Source: Nitrososphaeraceae archaeon (lineage in GTDB: Archaea; Thermoproteota; Nitrososphaeria; Nitrososphaerales; Nitrososphaeraceae). Taken from it: DNA of 43,334 nucleotides. The translations under genes were made by a program, and so were the position numbers. The stretch's first letter is position 1, and each line of letters opens with the position of its first letter. The notes below the pieces were generated by a model that was not told where the DNA came from, ran no database searches, and saw only the letters and a program-made list of their open reading frames with translations. Location: NCBI GenBank assembly GCA_035297365.1, contig DATGZA010000078.1:1-43334 (forward strand), written 5' to 3'. Of the stretch, positions 39,225-43,334 are shown one piece after another.

Positions 39225-40124
39225 GTGCGAGATCAAAAGTATGTTATATTGTACTTCGTAACGTCATCTATTTTATTGTCATTACTATTTTCGGTTTCTT
39301 TGTCTCTGTTTAATATAAAGTACGAGGCTTTTTCACATAGTTTTACTTCTGATGACTCGATAACATTTCTTGCATTGGCAAAACAAGCAGCAATTGCACT
39401 AGAACTTGCAAAGAAGAATTTTCCACAAAATGTAACAATAGCAATGGAACAATCTGACAAGGCTGCGAGTTTAGTTGGTGATGTTTACTACGTTGATGAT
39501 AATATAGTCGATGATAACGATTTTATTAAAAGATACGAAAAGGAAATGTCCAGTAAAAACAGTACGATTCACTCCTTGTTAGCGGCTGATCTAATTGATC
39601 AGATTCTGCGTGAATACGCGTCAGCTATCGTTTTGGATGTTGATTTGACCAACATGTCTAACTTGGCTGTTTTGGACAATTTCAAAAAAGCTATAAATTC
39701 TGGCATGCAAATCAATTATTCGAGTCCTAGCTATAAACAATATCAAAAACTCATTTCAGCAAATAATACAATTCTCAACTATGACGATTATCAAACATCT
39801 CTTGCATTAACAACGGAAGTGAAAAATATATTTAATTATCTAAAGTCGATAGACCAAAATTCTAATAAATCTAAATCTGATTCTTCGTTGTTAGACAAAT
39901 TGGAAATGGATATAGATACTTTGCATAATATTTTGTTAAACAATGGATCTGCTGGCGAGCTAATGAGATTGGTGCATCTAACTATACATCCTGTATTGCA
40001 AGAGGCATTCAATCTGAAAACTAAAATGAATATGAATATGAATATGGGTATGAATATGATGGATGGACAGAATATGAATATGATGGATGGACAGAATATG
40101 AATATGAACATGACCCAACGATGA
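39225..40124 (+). CDS. Secreted helical hypothetical protein X2 with Met-rich tail
   Basis: AFS|HSF, DLTNMSN and VHLTIHPVLQ as in X1, plus a tail MNMNMNMGMNMMDGQNMNMMDGQNMNMNM. Confidence 0.8.
   Translation: MRDQKYVILYFVTSSILLSLLFSVSLSLFNIKYEAFSHSFTSDDSITFLALAKQAAIALELAKKNFPQNVTIAMEQSDKAASLVGDVYYVDDNIVDDNDFIKRYEKEMSSKNSTIHSLLAADLIDQILREYASAIVLDVDLTNMSNLAVLDNFKKAINSGMQINYSSPSYKQYQKLISANNTILNYDDYQTSLALTTEVKNIFNYLKSIDQNSNKSKSDSSLLDKLEMDIDTLHNILLNNGSAGELMRLVHLTIHPVLQEAFNLKTKMNMNMNMGMNMMDGQNMNMMDGQNMNMNMTQR
40026..40112 (+). repeat. In-frame tandem repeats (ATGAAT hexamers and two 24-bp units) encoding the Met-rich tail
   Basis: ATGAATATGATGGATGGACAGAAT occurs twice, flanked by ATGAAT repeats. 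Confidence 0.9.
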
Positions 40125-40366
40125 AGCTTGTAACCATGAAATATATGTCAAATATTTTTTATAGGGATTGCCAGTTCTGAAATTATATTAATTCTTAATT
40201 ACATGCAAAACTTACGAAATTACTCCATTTAAATTATTTTTTCGTCAAGACAATAGAATTGAATTTTTCATTTATAAGTTGCTATAATCATAGTAAAACT
40301 TAACGACAACTTTTTGAAAAACCTTACAATAAAAAGATTCTGATTATTGTTGGAATATGAAAATCT

Positions 40367-40411
40367 AGAATAAATATACAGAATAAATATACAGAATAAA
40401 TATACAGAATA
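40367..40411 (+). repeat. 13-bp tandem repeat AGAATAAATATAC, about 3.4 copies
   Basis: Exact copies at 40367, 40380 and 40393, with a partial copy at 40406. Confidence 0.85.
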
Positions 40412-40421
40412 TATAATTGGA

Positions 40422-41246
40422 TTGAATAAATATAACACATTGACATCATATTATCATATGCAACATTGTATAAAGATAGTTTTACCTAAATCTTTATTAT
40501 TTATTATTTCTGTTTTTATTATAAGCAAGAATGTTATCATAAAAAGAATTAAATCTAAAATACTTTCAAATATCCCGAATCACAACATAAATAACATAGT
40601 TGGTAACTTTAAACCCTACATTCTAGTAACTCTATTATTTTTTATGCTTTTTACTACAATGATGATATCAGAGATCGATACAGCTTTTGCAAAAAAAGAT
40701 TCAAAAAGAAAAACAATTGATGTGTGTTGTAGTTGGGGGAATTCAATAGGCGATGGAGTATTAACATATTCTATCGAGAAGGGGGAATCAGAATTGGCTA
40801 AAATTGTAAAATCAGCTATTAAAGAATGGCAGAAAGCATTAGGGGAATCAGTACAATTCAAGTATGTAAAAGTTGATGACTCTGACGCAGATATTAAAAT
40901 TGAATTCCAAAAGGGCAAAGGGGTAAAAGTCGGTAAAGCTGTAACATTCTTTGATAATAACGGAAAAATAGATCATGTGGAAATTTCACTTTCTAAAAAA
41001 TCATATGGTCAAAGTTTAAGTCTCTCTCTTTTAGAACATGTTGCAAAACATGAGTTTGGTCATGCCCTTGGTTTAGGACATGCAAATTTCAAAGAATCTC
41101 TTATGTCTGCTCAAGTAAATAAAATTGTACCAAAAATATCTGCATGTGAATTGGAATCTGTCAAGTTTGTTAATAATTGGAAGTCTAATGATGATAAATC
41201 TTCCAAAACTCTAGATAAAGATAGTTTTAGATGCAAGAATAAATAA
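40422..41246 (+). CDS. Matrixin-like zinc metalloprotease, paralogue 2
   Basis: HEFGHALGLGH plus SLM; CCSWG…DGVLTY is shared with 33662..34375. The true start is probably further downstream. Confidence 0.88.
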   Translation: MNKYNTLTSYYHMQHCIKIVLPKSLLFIISVFIISKNVIIKRIKSKILSNIPNHNINNIVGNFKPYILVTLLFFMLFTTMMISEIDTAFAKKDSKRKTIDVCCSWGNSIGDGVLTYSIEKGESELAKIVKSAIKEWQKALGESVQFKYVKVDDSDADIKIEFQKGKGVKVGKAVTFFDNNGKIDHVEISLSKKSYGQSLSLSLLEHVAKHEFGHALGLGHANFKESLMSAQVNKIVPKISACELESVKFVNNWKSNDDKSSKTLDKDSFRCKNK

Positions 41247-41439
41247 CTTTTGGGAAAATATGTCATTATGAATAATCAGATACATTTTCTTTTTTTATCA
41301 ATTTTACGGGTATATTACAATGACATTTCTAAAATGTTTTATTTTTTTATTTCATAGTAATAGCATTTTCATATGATTTAGACCAATATATTATTATAAA
41401 AATAATTTTATATTTTTTATTTGTTTCAATATTCTTAAT

Positions 41440-42080
41440 AGTACAATTAACTTGGACTATTTCACCTCTAATATGGGATAGAAATTTCTTTCTAATTTTT
41501 ACGTTATACAGATAAGTGAATAACTTTATCCAATTGTATACATAATGTAGATTAAGATCCTTAATGCTCTTAAGGGAAAATGGATAATAATCATCAAAAT
41601 ATTCAGTCCTATCCTTGAAATAATGCATAACTATTTCATTCAAACTTTTGTCTAATGGTGAATGTAATAGATATTTTAATGCAAAAAAGTAAATCCTTTT
41701 GGATAATACGTACCTCTCTGAATGTAAACTGTCTGTCTAGCCTATCTGGACACAAGAGCTCTAATAAAATTCTCTGCTACAAACATGTTTCTTTCTTCAG
41801 AAGATATACGTAAAAGCATTTATAAGACGATTTACGGGGATCGATAACAAAAGTCACGGTCTACTATGTGAAGAATGCTTTCAGCTATTATCAATGTAGA
41901 AATGTTGTTGGTTATGTTTATTAGAAAAATATATCTTTGTATGAAATTTCATATATTAACATGATTTATTTTGATGGTTAGACATTACTATCTTTTGCAG
42001 AGACACATAATAGACCTATACAATGAAAATAAAGATAAACATAATACATAACAAAGTGCACATTCTGTTTCTAAATGAAT
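41440..42080 (-). mobile_element. Heavily degraded IS6-family remnant
   Basis: ORF 41347..41643 (MHYFKDRTEYFDDYYP…YNWIKLF…GEIV) and the upstream EERNMFVAENFIRALVSR match the 25181 element; interrupted by unrelated DNA. Confidence 0.75.
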
Positions 42081-42164
42081 AATAATAACTTGATAATAAA
42101 TTTAGAGCTAAATTTACTTGAATGAAGGGGTCTTGGCTAATTATCTTTTCTTATTCAAAAAACA

Positions 42165-42199
42165 ACTGGCCCCACTTTATAGAAGGGTTCAAATCCCAC
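42165..42199 (+). repeat. att-like site H: ACTGGCCCCA-CTTTATAGA-AGGGTTCAAATCCCAC
   Basis: Aligns with 15962-15996. Confidence 0.75.
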
Positions 42200-42377
42200 A
42201 CATTGAGCCTAAAAGCAGTACTAAATCCATTTTAAGTTATCTTGTCTCATGTCTAATCTTTATAAGATTTGAGTTGGATCACATATTCAATATACCTATT
42301 TGAAAGTAATTATAAAAAAATAGCTAACTAAATAGTATCACTAAATTATATATAGTAAACAAATGTTTTACTAAAAA

Positions 42378-42572
42378 TTAGTTGGCTCTTTTTTGTTCAG
42401 ACCAATATATTTTATTATTCTTTCCACACTCATTGCATTTATGTAATGTTTCAATATCATCTCTATTAATTTTATATTTATTTGCTTTTATATGTATATT
42501 ATCTGGTTTTACAGCAATAAATTCAGCTCCACAATAAATACAACTAAAATATTTAATTGTATTAGATGGCAT
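42378..42572 (-). CDS. Small zinc-ribbon protein
   Basis: CIYC…CNEC; ATG 42572 is preferred. Confidence 0.65.
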   Translation of the reverse strand: MPSNTIKYFSCIYCGAEFIAVKPDNIHIKANKYKINRDDIETLHKCNECGKNNKIYWSEQKRAN

Positions 42573-42735
42573 GAAAAATCTATATATCATCTTCTTAATC
42601 TAAATTTACTCTAGATTCTTTAAAATAGCGAAGATATTCCTTATTTTTATAGTTGTTATTGTCATTTTATTTTAAAAAAAATCGATCTATTTCAAGTATT
42701 CAATTTCCTAAATATTACACACCTTTTTTTAGAAA

Positions 42736-42781
42736 GGGACCAAAATTTACGTCAAATTTGTTTCACATCCCACTGGCCCCA
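42736..42781 (+). repeat. att-like site I (arm L1 plus ATCCCACTGGCCCCA)
   Basis: GGGACCAAAATTTACGTCAAATTTGTTTCACATCCCACTGGCCCCA is a close match to site E. Confidence 0.85.
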
Positions 42782-43002
42782 ATGAATTAAAGTATTTTGG
42801 TTGTTGTAGTTGGTAGCGAATAATCATTATAATGATGATAATGTAAACAATGGAATATTCTCCCTAACTTTTGTAAAGTTATTGGTTTAGTTTTTCGATG
42901 TCGAAAAAAAGATCAAGAATTTTGTTTTTCGATTTAAATCAAACTGGATTACTTTAAGAATTGTTAAATAATTGATTGTAATCTATTGGAAAGTACTAGG
43001 AA

Positions 43003-43334
43003 ATGTGTAAAAAGGTGGATAATAGTTTGAAGATAGAAAAAAATGTATTCGACACAAAATTGGTAGCATTAGAAATGGTGACATCAGATATAAAAAAGAA
43101 TTTAGCTGAGGAAATCAGTTTAGAACTAAATAAAATATCATTAGAAAATATCAAAGCAAAATTAATAAAATTATCATCATATCATACTAGACACACTAAA
43201 TCTGAATACATTAATGAAGCAGCAGACTGGTTGAAGAGTGAATTTGAAAGGATTGGATATGAAAATACTTTCTTTCATGCTTTCACAGAAAGAATAGATG
43301 ATAGTGAATTTAAATTGAAAAACATTATTTGTAA
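43003..43334 (+). CDS. Probable M28-family peptidase, N-terminal part (runs off the window)
   Basis: Open frame MCKKVDNS…ISLENIKAKLIKLSSYHTRHTKSEYINEAADWLKSEFERIG…KNIIC resembles the start of M28 aminopeptidase domains. Confidence 0.6.
   Translation, partial: MCKKVDNSLKIEKNVFDTKLVALEMVTSDIKKNLAEEISLELNKISLENIKAKLIKLSSYHTRHTKSEYINEAADWLKSEFERIGYENTFFHAFTERIDDSEFKLKNIIC

Noticed and set aside
309-40918. Other short ORFs opposite longer genes (e.g. 309, 2243, 2557, 3201, 3649, 6548, 6887, 13909, 14291, 16313, 21521, 27849, 33810, 34864, 35230, 36475, 36853, 38275, 39233, 39836, 40616)
   Set aside because: Each overlaps a well-supported CDS on the opposite strand and shows no motifs.

Overview
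AT-rich (roughly 30% GC by eye) archaeal accessory region, most likely from a soil ammonia-oxidising Nitrososphaerales such as Ca. Nitrosocosmicus (inferred from the group II chaperonin and the protein types). It is a mosaic of cargo blocks: a cytochrome P450; an arsM-arsC-aquaporin arsenic cluster with a divergent HxlR-type regulator; two cholesterol-oxidase-like GMC oxidoreductases; a GH5 endoglycoceramidase-like hydrolase; a class III nucleotide cyclase; a rhodanese; a GC-rich SDR; a heat-shock trio (HTH regulator, thermosome, Hsp20); and a large block of metal transporters and secreted proteins. Between them lie two convergent tyrosine integrase genes, further integrase stubs, IS6 and IS630 remnants and a decayed, cas-less CRISPR-like array. 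The most striking non-gene signal is a family of about 9 dispersed sites sharing the core CCACTGGCCCCA, which resembles a tRNA 3' end. Their left and right arms appear exchanged at the core, and four of the sites sit directly upstream of integrase starts, suggesting an integrase-driven module accretion or shuffling system. A 61-bp inverted repeat could reunite the two GMC genes by a ~23.5 kb inversion. All alignments were done by eye; no database searches were run.
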